A DNA stretch of 60,649 nt, filler included, from Sphacelaria rigidula (GCA_964200075.2; 10 parts of 10 records of this genome joined end to end with filler, not necessarily neighbours in it), one strand, 5' to 3'. Counted from the whole stretch's first letter, positions 23,777 through 36,908 are shown. The notes: generated by a model not told the origin, from the sequence alone. Translations and numbers: made by a program.

Positions 23777-24873
23777 TCTTGTGTAGTGTGTTTCGTAGCT
23801 CGCTTTATCTCCGATTCCAAATTTCAGCAAGACACCAATTATCTGTATAAATCGTCTTGCGCAAGCCATGTAGCACCACTGTCACCCTATCACCTCGCTC
23901 CCTCGCTCACGAGACTACAGCAGTACAGTAGTGCTATGAGTCGAACCCTATCTTGTTGCACGACTCAATTGTGCACTATCCCTTACTCGCGCTGCAATGG
24001 GAGGGGGAGAACGGGGCTGAAGACACCGTTCGTCACACCCTCGCGAAAGTCCAGGTGAACGCAAAGACATGTGCTCGTACTCGTGCGGGCTGGTCATGAG
24101 TGATACGTTGATACTCAGTATATAACAGGGTTGCCAGAAGAATGAGCACGTATTTTGAAATGAGAATCAACCGATCCCCGGGATTGTGTCCATTTTTCGG
24201 NNNNNNNNNNNNNNNNNNNNNNNNNNNNNNNNNNNNNNNNNNNNTTAATTAATTAANNNNNNNNNNNNNNNNNNNNNNNNNNNNNNNNNNNNNNNNNNNN
24301 TAATCCTCCGGGTTCTCATCCTCAATGAAAAGCACCATCCTCAACATAGATGATCGGCTGTTTTTACTGACGTCTCTTTGCATAGTACCTTGCACCCCCT
24401 GCTTCCCTTGCGTGACTCTAGCTACAGCACCCTCCTGCCTGGTAGTGCCGTGGCAGTACTGTCTGTCGGTCACAACACACATAGACAGTGCACAAGAATG
24501 CGGATACTTGCTGCCTCAAAAAGATTGTGCCCAAATTTCCGGGTTTCATGAATTCCTGTGAACAAATAATGAGTAGGCACGACATGGCACTGCGTGGGAA
24601 ACCTTCATAAGAAGAGTTTTTTCCGTCAGAACTCCATGAAGAGGCCCACATCCACCCATGGCTACTGTACATGAGGGGTTACGGCGTATTGCGTTGAGAC
24701 GCTAGCCCAGAATGACTGTCCTATGCCGGGACCCCCCCACGATACCGTTGAAGCGCGATTATTTTATATTTCTAAGTATATCAGACTTATGGCTGTGGCG
24801 AAATATGATTTTTACAGCCTTAGCTCCAGGGTGACGCACTTCACTTTGGAGGACAACACCATACACACATATC

Positions 24874-25293
24874 AACGGTGGATTCTCGAAAATGGGGTTG
24901 AAAACAAAATGAGGTTCAACTCAAAATTCGTGATTTTCCTGACCTAAATTCATGACAGATTACTTTCATATAGACGACCTCATCCCTCCCGACCTCCACA
25001 AAACTATTTCGGGGGATTTCTGGCCCTCCGTTCTCCCAAAGGGTGTGTGCAAAAGCACATTTTTGCCTCGATTTCGGGGTGAAAAAAAACGTGTTTTGCC
25101 CCAAAAACCGTGCTTTCGCACATACTCTTTGGGTGAACGGAAGGCTAGAAATCCCCCGAAATAGTTTTAGGGAGGTCGGGAGGGATGTGGTTGTCCATAT
25201 GAAAGTAATCTGTCGAGTTTAGGTAAGGGAAAGTACGACTTTTGAGTTGAACCTCATTTTGTTTTTCAACCCCATTTTCGAAAATCCACTGTT
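24874..25293. mobile_element. Foldback MITE with ~150-bp TIRs
   Basis: AACGGTGGATTCTCGAAAATGGGG... mirrored by ...CCCCATTTTCGAAAATCCACTGTT. Confidence 0.85.
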
Positions 25294-25561
25294 TATATAT
25301 ATACATGTGTGTATACATATGTGGGTCCAAATGTATTGGGCACTCTCCCCCCTCGCTGAAGCATATATATATATATATATATATAGCTATTTCCCTCTGT
25401 TCTCACTTCCAACCCCTCCCATTTCTCTGGAAAAGTCTGTGGTATCAAGAGATTAACCCATCTCTCTCCCGGTACACGCCTCCTTACATTATGGTATCGC
25501 GGATTGGATCATGACTAGCACTCCCGCACCGCGTCGACCGTAGTCTAACAAACTCGCTTAA

Positions 25562-25699
25562 TCTTTTGGGAACTAGACCCCCGGGGAGTGCTGATTTTTG
25601 TTCTTCGAATCGGCATCATTTTCAGTCATTTTCAAGTCAAAATGATGCCGATTCAAAATAATTCACAAAACAAAAATCAGCACTTCAGTTCCCAAAGGG
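25562..25699. mobile_element. piggyBac-like MITE (138 bp)
   Basis: TTAA on both flanks; TIR TCTTTTGGGAACT / AGTTCCCAAAGGG. Confidence 0.75.
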
Positions 25700-25707
25700 T
25701 TAAACAG

Positions 25708-26039
25708 CACACGCGGCCATTTGGCTACCCCCAATATGCCTCCGGAGGGATGCGCGGCCCTCCAGAGGCAAAACGAGCCTTAGGAGGCCTCTAATCCCTC
25801 TGGAGGAAAGTAAACACTACCGACCCGGACGGCCGCGCACCCCTCCGGGGGACTTTGGGGGTATGCGCGGCCCTCCAGAGGCAAAAACAAGCCTCCGGAG
25901 GCGTTCAACCCCTCTGGGGGAAACCATAAAATCTCCTCTGAAGGTCCGCGCACCCCTCCGGAGGCGTTTAATCCCCCTGGAGGCTCGAAAAGTTTACCCA
26001 CCTGGAGGAATTTGGGGGGTAGCCAAATGGCCGCGTGTG
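25708..26039. mobile_element. CACAC-terminated MITE (CMC/CACTA-like)
   Basis: Perfect TIR CACACGCGGCCATTTGGCTACCCCC, 2-bp flanking duplication AG, many internal CCTCCRGAGG sub-repeats. Confidence 0.85.
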
Positions 26040-26479
26040 AGACTACAGTATTTTTGCGATCCACGCCCCCACACTTTCAACGACGAGAATCAGAGTACAG
26101 TATAATTTCGAGAAAAAAACGAAACTAGAGGCATCTATGGGAATCGGACCCACGTCTTTCCCGCCCTACTGGTGGTGTTAGTTATTCTATTGCACCACCG
26201 GCGCGCGGCGGCACTAATACTCACAATATACCGCGGATATTATCCCTCCCCCCCTTCCCCAACACGGCGCTTCGCGCTTGGTAATTATGAGCCTGGTCCC
26301 GCGAAAACTCGGCGTGCTCCGTCCCGGCTTTGTAGGGATGCGAGGTCAATGGTCTTACGACTTCGGCATGCGAGATCATGAGTACACCCCAACTCGCCAC
26401 TCCTTGCTCCCTTTCCCAAGCCCACCGAAGAGCGAACTTCAACTTTTGGGATCCATACGCATGGCAAGTTGAAATAGGG

Positions 26480-27010
26480 GAACTCCTGCCTCTTCTGACG
26501 GTGACAAGCTCGGAATTGGCGTTCGGGAATCGCAAGAACGTGAAGTTCTGTGAGATACCACTTCGAATGGAAGGCCAGAAGAGCTCCTGGTGTAACTGGG
26601 GGGGGGGATCAAGTGTTCGCGGAAACGCACCTTTATTCATCAATTATCTACCACACCAGCCGCCGGTACACGCACTTACACTTGCGGCGCTGTTGAAGCC
26701 GAAGGGATTCAAGACGATGGTGAAAAACTGCGACTTGTAAAGAGATGGGGTAACTTTGGACCTGATCGAAGGACCTTCAGACCGACGTGATCCGCGCGTC
26801 GACCCTCAGTCGGTGGGATACGTCCGACGCGGGAGCGCTACCGTCGACGACTCTGTAGCGGCAACTTCCGAGACGCGCAAAAGCTCACACTGCGTCTGTC
26901 AAGGACACGTACTCATCCGTCGGACAGCGTAGCGCCAGAACTCACCAACCAAGCGATGGAAAGCTTTCGGCGTCCCGAAAATGGCTAGCTAGCAGCGTGG
27001 TGGGGGACCA
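26480..27010 (+). pseudogene. Degenerate C-terminus of an RLE-type (CRE-like) non-LTR retrotransposon
   Basis: Fragments HQPPVHAL, DV.RVDPQ, GSAT.D, SETRKSSH and AMESFG parallel the better-preserved copy at 32430-33100. Confidence 0.6.
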
Positions 27011-28580
27011 AGGGGAAGAGGGGCTGGTCCAGCGAGGTGTCCTTCTAGAGCGCTTGAAAGAAGTAATATTGGCGACCATCCAAAATGTCATCTGATTGAT
27101 GCCGCTATCAACCCCCCGCAAAAAAGTGGCCGGTTTGAGGAGGTAAAATCTATACGAAAATCACAATTACATAAGCCGAGCACACCGAGCAGCTGGGAAT
27201 TCCCACGCTTGGGGTCGTTTTCGTTAATGTCGCCCGTTCATATGAGGCGCTTCATCCAGTCTGAAATCGACTGTCAAGCGCTTTATGACGACTTTCTTCG
27301 TGGCAGTTTTTTAAGCTGGCTTGGGGGAGAGCTATCGCGGGATCACTCATGCCCAGACGGGTACAACGCTACACGAGAAGACTGGCAAAAAAGAGCTCTC
27401 TCTACAGGACTCGAACTGGTCATTGTCGGAGTAAATCCGCTTGCAAGCTGGTTGAGCAAACAGATTTCATCGGGACCGACCAGACAAAGCCGAATAGTTA
27501 CATGCACATTTAGAGAAAAGTAGAAGCGACAAACGAAATGTGCTTGAGCAAACTCGTTTCTAGTTTGTTTACATAATTTCTTGTTCATTTCTATGTGCCG
27601 TACCTTTCTACGTATGTAGACACAACCCTTCTGAACAAACAATGATAGCGGGCCTCGGAAAATGCTCGTCGTATACTGTAGCCTTCTATGCATTCCAATA
27701 TCTATTGTATTTCCCTCCGAGGGATTGCGGACTCAGAATTGGCTTTTGGTGATTAAAAGTAAATTACCTCCCGCAAATAACCGCTTAAATGAAAAAGGTA
27801 GAACTCGTACAGTGCGTTTCGTCCGCCAACTGTACAAGAGCCTCTCGGGGGCAAAACCAGTGTTCCCTCATTTGCATACCCTGCATCTACATACATATGT
27901 CACTGGAGCCATCGAGTTGAAGCAACCGACTCTAAGATATAGGAACGTGACGGCAGGAACAAAATCTCAACCAAGAAAAAACGAAACGCAATCAAGAATC
28001 AAAATCGAAAAAAACATCGAGATGAAAACAATAAAGGCAAACATCGATGAAACAAAAAACGCCTGCCACGCGAAAAACATTAATATATATATATATATAT
28101 ATATATAAGAAAGAACTGAAAATAACAGCACAGACCATAAAACCATAAAACAAAATGAACAAGGAACAAAAAAAACAAAAACTCGAAACCAAGATCAAAA
28201 TAGAAAACACCTGCAACCGCAGCGATTTCGGATGTGGCCAGCGATAACGGCGAAATTTATACTACCGCTAGGATCCAGCCTCACGCCTGAGGATGACGGT
28301 TGTCTCCGGCAGTCCCATGTCTTCTATTTATTGACAATCGGTAGCTATGTACTATTTTCAAGATGGTGATGAGACTAGAAATACGATAATAGTGGACCTC
28401 GGAAAACGGCCAGAGTATGGTATCATGTACGCATATCCTCGCGAGTTCGGAGCTTCGATGGCCCAAAACTGGTTGATGAACATTTTTTGTAGACGGTTTT
28501 GTAGAGGACAAAGACCATGTGTTGAAGAGGACTTCGCCATCACGGCCAAGGGAGGTTAAGGGTTCGAAATATCAGGTAAG

Positions 28581-28839
28581 GATTGATGCTACGGTAGGAG
28601 TGCGCAAATATTTTCTGATGTTAGAAGTGTAAGGAGACCTCTATCTTATCTAAAACACGACTCATGAAATATGTGAGAATACGCCACGGTTACTCTTCCA
28701 ATGTGCTAGGGATATCCCAAATGAAGTTGCAAACGGGTATGCCGAATCCCATATTCTTGTGCGTCTAGAACCGTTATTAGGAGCCCCTGAACCAGACAAG
28801 TTTTTGCTCAAAAAGTGCACCCCTACCGTAGCATTGCTC
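28581..28839. mobile_element. Sola-like MITE with 4-bp TSD TAAG
   Basis: TIR GATTGATGCTACGGTAGG / CCTACCGTAGCATTGCTC; TAAG on both sides. Confidence 0.8.
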
Positions 28840-29692
28840 TAAGTAAGGTGTACATCGCCGTTTGTAAAGAATAGGGGACCAGCTGTTCCAGATCATGACA
28901 TATGTTCGTCGACGTATATTCGTCAATGTAGCCAAGGATTGAATAGAGATAAATATACTTACTATTATCGGCATGTACAGTGGTATCGAGCGCGGCTGGT
29001 AGCGTCGTTGGTGCCAGAGCCGCTTCTCGACTGCTGTAAATGACTCTTTGAGCACTACCTGCCCATGAGTGAGTTGGGGATGTGAGCATCACACTGTCTG
29101 TGGACCATGACTTCGATATTCGTTTTCGCACTTCGTCGTTAGCAAATGGTGCGTAAGGCTACTGGGCGCAGATGTAGTCATTCCTTACCCTCAGTTGATG
29201 GGAATGTCGCCATCGGAGGATATTACAATACTTGCGTTGCATTCGCCTCGTTTTCGGACCTCGATGACGAACGGGTGAGATTTGCGTGGACCGAAAGCAT
29301 CCTTGTTTTCGAGACCATCAATTGCTCCTGAGAGGTCAAGCGTGAACACACGAGCTGAGCTGGGGGTTGCTGGCATAAATTTGTCCAGATTTCGAGAGGG
29401 TTCAAGCAGATTCTCATCGAGAACGAAGAATAACTGTCCCCATTAGATGGGACCGGCGTTTCCACTTAAGAGGTTGCTGGGCGCTCCCTTGGTTGCACTA
29501 CGCTTGATCGAAATACATCTCATCACACTATCGACATCGGAACGCAGTGCTCGCTTGGCCACTGATGCTGCATCTGCTGAAGAAAACGGTAAACGTGAGC
29601 GCATCTTGCTCGTACGTCTCTCTTTACATCAACTGCTCTCGATCCGTTCTCTTCGATCAGCAAACTAATCTTGACAACCTTAAACGTTGAAA

Positions 29693-29969
29693 GAGCAATG
29701 CTACGGTAGGAGTTGTACTTCTTGTTTCTGGGGCTCTCCTTCTTGAAGGAGCACAAATCTATGGGGCTTACTGTGCAACCTAAATCTCCCGGAACCAGAC
29801 TCCCAGAAACATGTGTTCGCACGCAGTTGTTTTTACCTTGAATCGGCATCATTTTCAGTCCTTTTCAAGGAGACATGATGCCAATCCACAAAATGACCCA
29901 TGCAACACCCCGAGCAACCCCGAGAAACATTTTCGCTGAAAAAATGCAACCCCTACCGTAGCATCACTC
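29693..29969. mobile_element. Sola-like MITE, third copy
   Basis: TIR GAGCAATGCTACGGTAGG / CCTACCGTAGCATCACTC; interior similar to 18706-18958; TSD degraded. Confidence 0.8.
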
Positions 29970-30064
29970 ACAAGTACACTGATTCAGATATTTCCGACAC
30001 GCCATTATGGTATATGCAAAACCTCTTAGAGGGGAAAATTGAGGGTTCGAATACCCATACATGC

Positions 30065-30275
30065 GGGGGGGCTTCACTCATGATCATGCATGCCTCAGTC
30101 ATCAGCCGTTGACCTCGCATCCCTACAAACATTAGGGACGAAGCACGCCGAGTTTTCGCCGGACCAGGCTAGTGGGGGTGTACTCATGGTCATGCCTTAG
30201 TCATCAGACCGTTGACCTCGCATCCCTACAAAGCCGGGACGGAGCATACCGGGTTTTCGCCGGACTAGGCTCGCA
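30065..30275 (+). repeat. Unclassified repeat, two tandem ~105-bp units
   Basis: ACTCATGRTCATGC...CCGTTGACCTCGCATCCCTACAAA... occurs twice; inverted copy at 26295-26390. Confidence 0.75.
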
Positions 30276-31429
30276 NNNNNNNNNNNNNNNNNNNNNNNNN
30301 NNNNNNNNNNNNNNNNNNNTTAATTAATTAANNNNNNNNNNNNNNNNNNNNNNNNNNNNNNNNNNNNNNNNNNNNGTCAGCGCTGACTTGTCAGTAGTCT
30401 AGTTGGTTGTCTCTTAGACCGTCACAGACACCATGAGGGTCAGCAACATGTTCAACATCATATTCTTCGTATAAACCAGTTCGCAACCTCTTTTTCAGAT
30501 CTTAATCCTGGACGGTAGCTCTTAGTTTCCTGAAGTTTTGACCCAAACACTGGGCTACGCAGTCACCGCACACTGGGAAAGGTTGAAGCTCATCTTCGTG
30601 AGAACAATACTAAAAAGCCGTGTCTGGTTCGTCGACCCGACAACATCGAGCGAAGCTATAGGGCTCCATCAAATGCTCATGGTGGGCAAGTAGAAGAAAA
30701 GGCCCCGATTTCGTCAGCTCGCCAATTTTAAAGAGACTGCTGTAACTTCGTTGGGTGCTTTCGGATCGACGAAATAGACGTATCACTGTTTGTGGTGGAT
30801 CGGCTGTACACTCCATCGTTCACGCTAAACGTAGCGACTAGAATATAGTACAGGATCTAAAAAAAGGTTACGATTTGGTTTACACAAAAGTTGGTCTTGC
30901 TGTGGAGATCGTAGAGAGTTTCGTGATCAAAGGGTTAAGAAACAGGCGGATAATGAATCACCACTTTGATCGCGAACACCGCGAATACTTGGAGAATCTT
31001 CACTGCAGGAACAGTCGCTCAATATGATCAAGACACCAGCTTATTGCGTGCTTTAACATAGTATACCACGTGGACTTCAATTGACTGCTTCGTAGACGAA
31101 GGATTGAAGCTTTTTTTTCAATGAGAAATTTTGCCGTACGGTTATGAACAGTCAAATCACAAGAATGAGGAAAATAACCTGGGGCTTCGCAGTCTCTGTA
31201 AGGGTATGAGCTGGGCCAGCCTAAAGTCGCGCATACCGCGGGCAAATGATCACCTTTTCACTCTCCCGAATAAGCCCGATATGAGTATACCGCTGTGAAC
31301 TGTAAGTCAACCTGCTAATGTACTCTCTGCCTCAGAACACAAGAGGACAAATGAAGGGGGAAAGGAGAAAAACGTACTGGAAAATATATAATATCAATGA
31401 TGGAACCAGACTCAGCAGAGAAGAATAAC

Positions 31430-31510
31430 ATCTGTCGGGATTCGAACTTGTGACCTCCGTAACTGGAGTCTCCCGTATCATGACTAGGGCTTAGCGGTGT
31501 CACAAGGAGT
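31430..31510 (-). mobile_element. Possible tRNA-derived SINE remnant
   Basis: B-box GTTCGAATCCC on the minus strand; A-box unclear. Confidence 0.3.
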
Positions 31511-32429
31511 TAGTTGAAGGCGCAGCCCAATTTTTTTATTTCTGAGCCGAAAATTTACAAGGGTCTTCTGCGCGCAAGTTAAAAATTCTTCACGGGAGCA
31601 ACGACAGCTCTTGTCATGGAGTTGCGCCATTATAACTTTTTAGCTGAAATTTCAAATCGCTCTAACTTTCTGTACTTTTTTTGTTGCTTTGGCTACTTTC
31701 CGGTCATTGTTGATGTATGTATCGTGTCAAAATTTCAACGAACTCCTAAAATCAAGCTGCACATTACTGTTTAACCGCCAATAGGAACTCTTGGCGGACC
31801 CAGCTCGTAGTTCTTCTACTTGATCTGATGGTTCAAACCGACCACAGGTGGTGTGTTCACACATCTGCTACTTCTCTACAACACGAGATATATTGAGCGA
31901 TGATTACCTTCGCTATACTTCAAGTAATGATAGACTCGGAAATGGCTTTTGGGAAGTCAAAAACATAGAGTTTTACGAATACCAGTTCCATGTACAACTG
32001 CATATCGAATGGCAGGACTCGTGTAGTGCATGGCAATACTCAACAAACCGCAAAAGTATCTCAGACATAAAATCAATGCCCTTGACATACATATATGATG
32101 TTCTATACCTATGTATAGAACCGCCTACCGATAGACAAATCTCCAGATTAGAAAAGAACGATGAGATTCATCAGCGGAGCTAACGATGAAATCATACGAC
32201 ACCGATATAACCGACAGAAACAAAGTGAACAAAAACAAGATAAAAAACTAGGTACTTTGGAAACAGTGATTGGAGAATAGGCAAAATCAATGCGGAGAGT
32301 ATACACTTGCACTTCAAAACAAGAACAAACCGACGCCGAGAAACACCAAAGAAGGAAAACCATCAACCAAAAGGTTGTCAACATTTGTCCGTTGGTAGGC
32401 GGAGTGGTTGCTAGCTAAATTACGCGGCG

Positions 32430-33100
32430 ACCAAACTCCAACCCCACGCCCTTTGGTTTAGACTACTACCTCCAGCAGCCTCTTGTCTCGCTCGCAGCGC
32501 GAAGTTGTAGCGTTGCACCCTCCTTGAGATGGCGATCTGAGTCGTCGCTGAGATCACCTGCGTGATTCTCTCTGGAAATAACTCCCTTCGCAGGCAGCCC
32601 CTCTCCCTCTTCATTTCCCAAGACGCCCAAAGCTTCCCACCGTTACGGTGTCCAGTTCGAAGCAATGGCGGTCCAAGGGCACGTGTTCTTGAATGGCGTA
32701 GTGTGCGCTTTTGCGCGCCTCGGATGTTTGCGGCTATAGAACCATCGATACTGGGGCTTCCCCGTTAATGATATCCCGCCAACTGGGGGTTGGCGTGTGT
32801 CACATCGGTCAGGATACCCTTTTCCCGATATTGGCTGTCGGTGGCGTCACGAGTTTCTCCGGCCGAGACGGCGATGTCCATCCTATAGTCTCGATAGCTA
32901 GTTATGTTGACTAATAAATTGCAGGCCGAGAGAGTGCTGATGATCTTTTACCCACTATCGCACTCCGGTGGTCTTTCGAGCTGGTGCACAAATCACCATT
33001 AGCCAGGTTGGGTGGAGAGGTTTCGGATTCCAAACCTGAGAGTCAAGTAGTTTCGAGCAGAATCTGGTTCTCGCCGTCGTTCAAAACATCAGGACACAAG
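32430..33100 (-). pseudogene. RLE-type (CRE-like) non-LTR retrotransposon 3' end, degenerate
   Basis: Hand translation gives RMDIAVSAGETRDATDSQYREKGILTDVTHANPQ...EARKSAHYA...VGSFGRLGK...QVISATTQIAISRRVQRY, i.e. the restriction-like endonuclease motifs R.D, DVT, K..HY and (E)SFG. Confidence 0.75.
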
Positions 33101-33963
33101 TAGCAAAGCAAGATTCGACGGGAGTTTACGTGGTGCGGGAGAGTTGATCCGATCTGCGGTACCAAAATACCAGGCAGGTACTGGGGGAGAGATAGGTTGA
33201 TCCCACTACACCACTAGACTACGGACGTATCCCGAGGAAAGGGGAGGGGATAAGAGTATGGTCAACCAAGAGGGGCTGCTCGAAAGATGATGAAAGAAAA
33301 GAAGCTTGCGAGTTGACTCAAAGAATAGGTGGTCCTGACGACGGCGTGCCAAGATGGACGATGGCATTTGTGATGGTGGCATTTTCCCTCATGAGCGCAC
33401 GCCAGCCACCTTGAATCAAAGGTATGGGTAGCATGTGCTGTTTAGGTACCTCCACCGTCACGATTGACCGCGAGTACTACTTCGTGGAGATTCGTTTTCA
33501 TGACGCTATCATGCACGTATCGATAAGACACGTAGCTACAGCGCAGAAGATGCCTGACACAGCTGTTCGCCATCAATAGATGAAAAAGGGGAAAATATGT
33601 CTCTCCGAATATTTTGTTCAATAACAAAAAGGAAAAAGATGAAAATCACTGGAAGCGGATAGACCATAAAAACATCGAGGCCTGGCCCAATTTCATGTTT
33701 CTTCGTAGCAATGAGACGCTTCCGTGTTCGTGAACCCCTCTTAATTGGCGTCGCGCAAGATATTGCACCGTCGTTTGCACATGGAATGTCCTCGCCAACT
33801 CAAGAAGAATACAAAAGGTGGCCCGTGTTGCGGCACCGATAGCACTTCTGTTCAGTCTCAGACGATAAATGTGTGACATTATTCTTGTTCCTAAAATACA
33901 CATATTCGGTTGAAATGAATAGCACCGCAAATGACACTACCACTGACGGGCAAAAGAAAATGG

Positions 33964-33995
<32 letters not shown>

Positions 33996-34228
33996 GTGGA
34001 CAGCCGTTCGAGTTTCGAAGGACCAGCCAAACCGATTATACCCAGAGGCTATAGCTTGTGACGATGCAAGGCTCACACATTACGCTATTCCTCTATTTAT
34101 TGAGGCAGAGGCCAGCGTTTTTTTACCACTTCGACTCTGTATTATCCCCATTTGAAACGAGAATTCCCCAGAAATACAACAAAAACGCTCCAATTCTGGC
34201 AACCGCGCGCGGTCACTGTCGCACGCAG

Positions 34229-34834
34229 GCGCAATGGAGTGACATCACCGGCCACTCACCGGCTGTGGTGCTGAGTTTCTCGGAGCCAACAAATCAACCT
34301 GAACTACATAATGCCGTGGACTTGAACAATGCTCTTGTATTGAACAACGGCAGCCTAAAGCTCGGCACCGGGCGAGGAAAATGGAACGGCGACGGCCAGG
34401 AGCTTGTCATAACGGACATTGACGCCGCTGCCTGGGAAATGTTTACCACTTCCATCTCGACCGGTAACTTCACAGCCGAACCAAGGAGCAAGCTGCTCGT
34501 CGGTACGACAGTTGCCCGCGACAAAACCGGGAACGAAGTGGACATGTCGAACCCATTGATTGGAAGTCTACATGGAAACCTCTCCATGCGCGTTTCTTCA
34601 CCGGGAAAGCTGGTGTTTCATCTCTATGTAGGCAGAAAATTAATCTCGACTACTGCCGACAGCGTTGAGGTGGAGGCTTGCCCTGAAGAAGTGACTATCG
34701 CGACATCTCCCGTGGTTCACAACTCCTCACATGCATGCGACAGCGGTGGAGAAGACCTGACCGGAGTAACAAGTTTGAGGTCGTTTTTCGCCGTAAATGG
34801 TGTACTTGCGATGCCGGGAGATAAGTGGCTCAAG
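34229..34834 (+). CDS. Exon A of a LamG/concanavalin-A-like domain protein
   Basis: CAG acceptor, 606 bp open, AAG|GTAGG donor, phase 0-0. Confidence 0.8.
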
Positions 34835-35074
34835 GTAGGATGTCGGGCGGTATAACGTATCGCTCATGTGGGCATGATCACGCGGCTACATCCCTGGTAC
34901 CGGTACGTAGCGCTTGACATCGCTTCGGTTCGTGATAAGGGCCATTTTGGTCGATTCTATTACACCACAGCCGCCGACGACCGCATACGCCAAGCTAGCT
35001 AAGGACCTCCTTTTTCAATCTCTGAGTATGTACGTGTCTCATGTGCTGCATCCACGTCTCTGCTTTTGTGGAAG

Positions 35075-35202
35075 GTTCCACACAGCGTGTTTCCGACCCA
35101 GCTGCCGTCACTTATCGCAGACGGCGGCGGAATTCGTCTGACGAGGCAAGGCTCGTGGAGCCTTGGTTTTTGGATATATCTGCTGGAAGACCCAACTGAC
35201 AG
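35075..35202 (+). CDS. Exon B of the LamG-domain protein (SWSLGFWIYL strand)
   Basis: AAG acceptor, AG|GTACAT donor; splices in frame to exons A and C. Confidence 0.8.
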
Positions 35203-35313
35203 GTACATCATGCCGTATGGTACACTCCCCAGCATTCGGCCAGAAAACCTGAATGTAGGCATGAACTAAGCTCTGGCCGCTTTCCTCTTCTCGATGTGTC
35301 TCACAATCACCAG

Positions 35314-35637
35314 CTATCGACCTCTTTTCTACAAAGGACATGGAGATGAAACGGGTCGCACACCATCGGCGTGGCTATCGCCACACTCCAACCGCATCAC
35401 GTTGCGAGTTACTACCAACACAAACCCAGATATAGGTATTGAGTCGTCGACAGCCTTGGCGTCTCGTTCATGGTACCACGTGGCGTTCTCCTTCAACAAC
35501 AAAACTGAAAGGGCGTTCTCTGCAACCATTTTCGTCAACGGAGCTGTCGATGTGTCCGGCGTGTTCAAAGACATGGATGTGATCGACAACACGGGACCAA
35601 TGTACATTGGGCGAGACCCCAGCAACAAGGGGTCGAG
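35314..35637 (+). CDS. Exon C of the LamG-domain protein (LFYKG...WYHVAFSF...IFVNG...PMYIGRD)
   Basis: LamG_3 motifs W.HVA, ..VNG and .YIG; CAG acceptor and AG|GTGAGC donor. Confidence 0.85.
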
Positions 35638-35857
35638 GTGAGCCGGGAACGTTTCACCGCTTATCGATAGAATATTCGGTACGATACGCCCTATGTTCGT
35701 GATACAACAACCGTTTTACTCGGCTGATCACCTATCGCTTTTATATGTCGCGGCTCATCGACTTGGGAGCAACACGCCCGGTTTGATATTCCACGATTTC
35801 GTTATGACCAGGCTTGCATCAAGCGCATGGGGATCACGGTCTTGCACAATCGTGCAA

Positions 35858-36280
35858 TCTTCATCGGGGATACCATATTCATCTGAGATATTCATCTGGG
35901 ATCTCGATGTCCATCCGGGATGCCCATTTCGGACATGGCCATCCCGGAATGTCCATTTTTGATGTGAATATCCATACAGGGTATCCATCTGGGATCTAAA
36001 CATCCATCTGGGATATGGCCATCACAGATGAAATATGGCTGTCCCAGATGAAATATGGCTGTCCCAGATGAAATATGGCTGTCCCAGACTATGTGATATG
36101 GACACTCAAGATGAACCCGCCAGATGGATATCTCTGATGGACGTCCCGCGTGGACATGATCCCAGAAGCATATTCATATCCCAGATGGACGTCCATATCT
36201 AAATAAATGTATATGTCCCAGTTGAACGTCCCAGATGGATCAGATAACCCAGATGAACGTTTAAGCTGAATATCCATATA
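35858..36280. repeat. Array of CATCTGGGAT/TCCCAGATG motifs in opposing orientations, including three 20-bp tandem copies
   Basis: The left half carries CATCYGGGAT and the right half TCCCAGATG; CAGATGAAATATGGCTGTCC occurs three times at about 36025-36084. Confidence 0.75.
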
Positions 36281-36287
36281 GCAGAAG

Positions 36288-36350
36288 CCGGTCGCCCCGG
36301 TGGCTCAGTTGGTAACCTCGAAACCTTCTGATGGTTGGGTCGTGGGTTCA
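36288..36350 (+). mobile_element. tRNA-derived SINE head, cut by the fragment end
   Basis: CCGGTCGCCCCGGTGGCTCAGTTGG...GGGTTC, same family as the copy at 4567. Confidence 0.65.
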
Positions 36351-36908
36351 NNNNNNNNNNNNNNNNNNNNNNNNNNNNNNNNNNNNNNNNNNNNTTAATT
36401 AATTAANNNNNNNNNNNNNNNNNNNNNNNNNNNNNNNNNNNNNNNNNNNNGGGTGGGGTTGTTATATAAACCCGGAGTAAAACACATAAAACCCCCCCCC
36501 CCCCCCTTTGGGTTTGGGTTAAAGAGTCCCCCCCCCCCCCCCCCCCCCTCCCCCCGTTCCTCCTCACTCCTCACTCCTCATGTTCTCTGGGCGTATCGTC
36601 CTATGGTCGGGAATGTATTGAGCGGGCTTGGTGTTCGTTACTGCATGGTTCAGTGTCGAAGAGGAGAATGCGAATTGCAGCTGTGACGTGTTCGAACCGC
36701 GATCGATAACGAGGTTGTTTGAAGTCGACGTCACACCAAAAAGAGATAAATACCCGACAGACCTGAGCGAGCCGCCAAATACTATATTCCCGGAGCGTCC
36801 ATTATTTGTGTGAACCTTCAGTAGGCTGGACTTTCCGAATTTCGTTGTTCACTGCGTAATTATGGACTGTTTTCAAAACGATACATGCCCTGATCAACGG
36901 TGCAACAG

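Noticed and set aside
29146..29670. Possible LINE AP-endonuclease remnant (VAIGGYYN)
   Set aside because: Only one weak motif, and the frames are broken.
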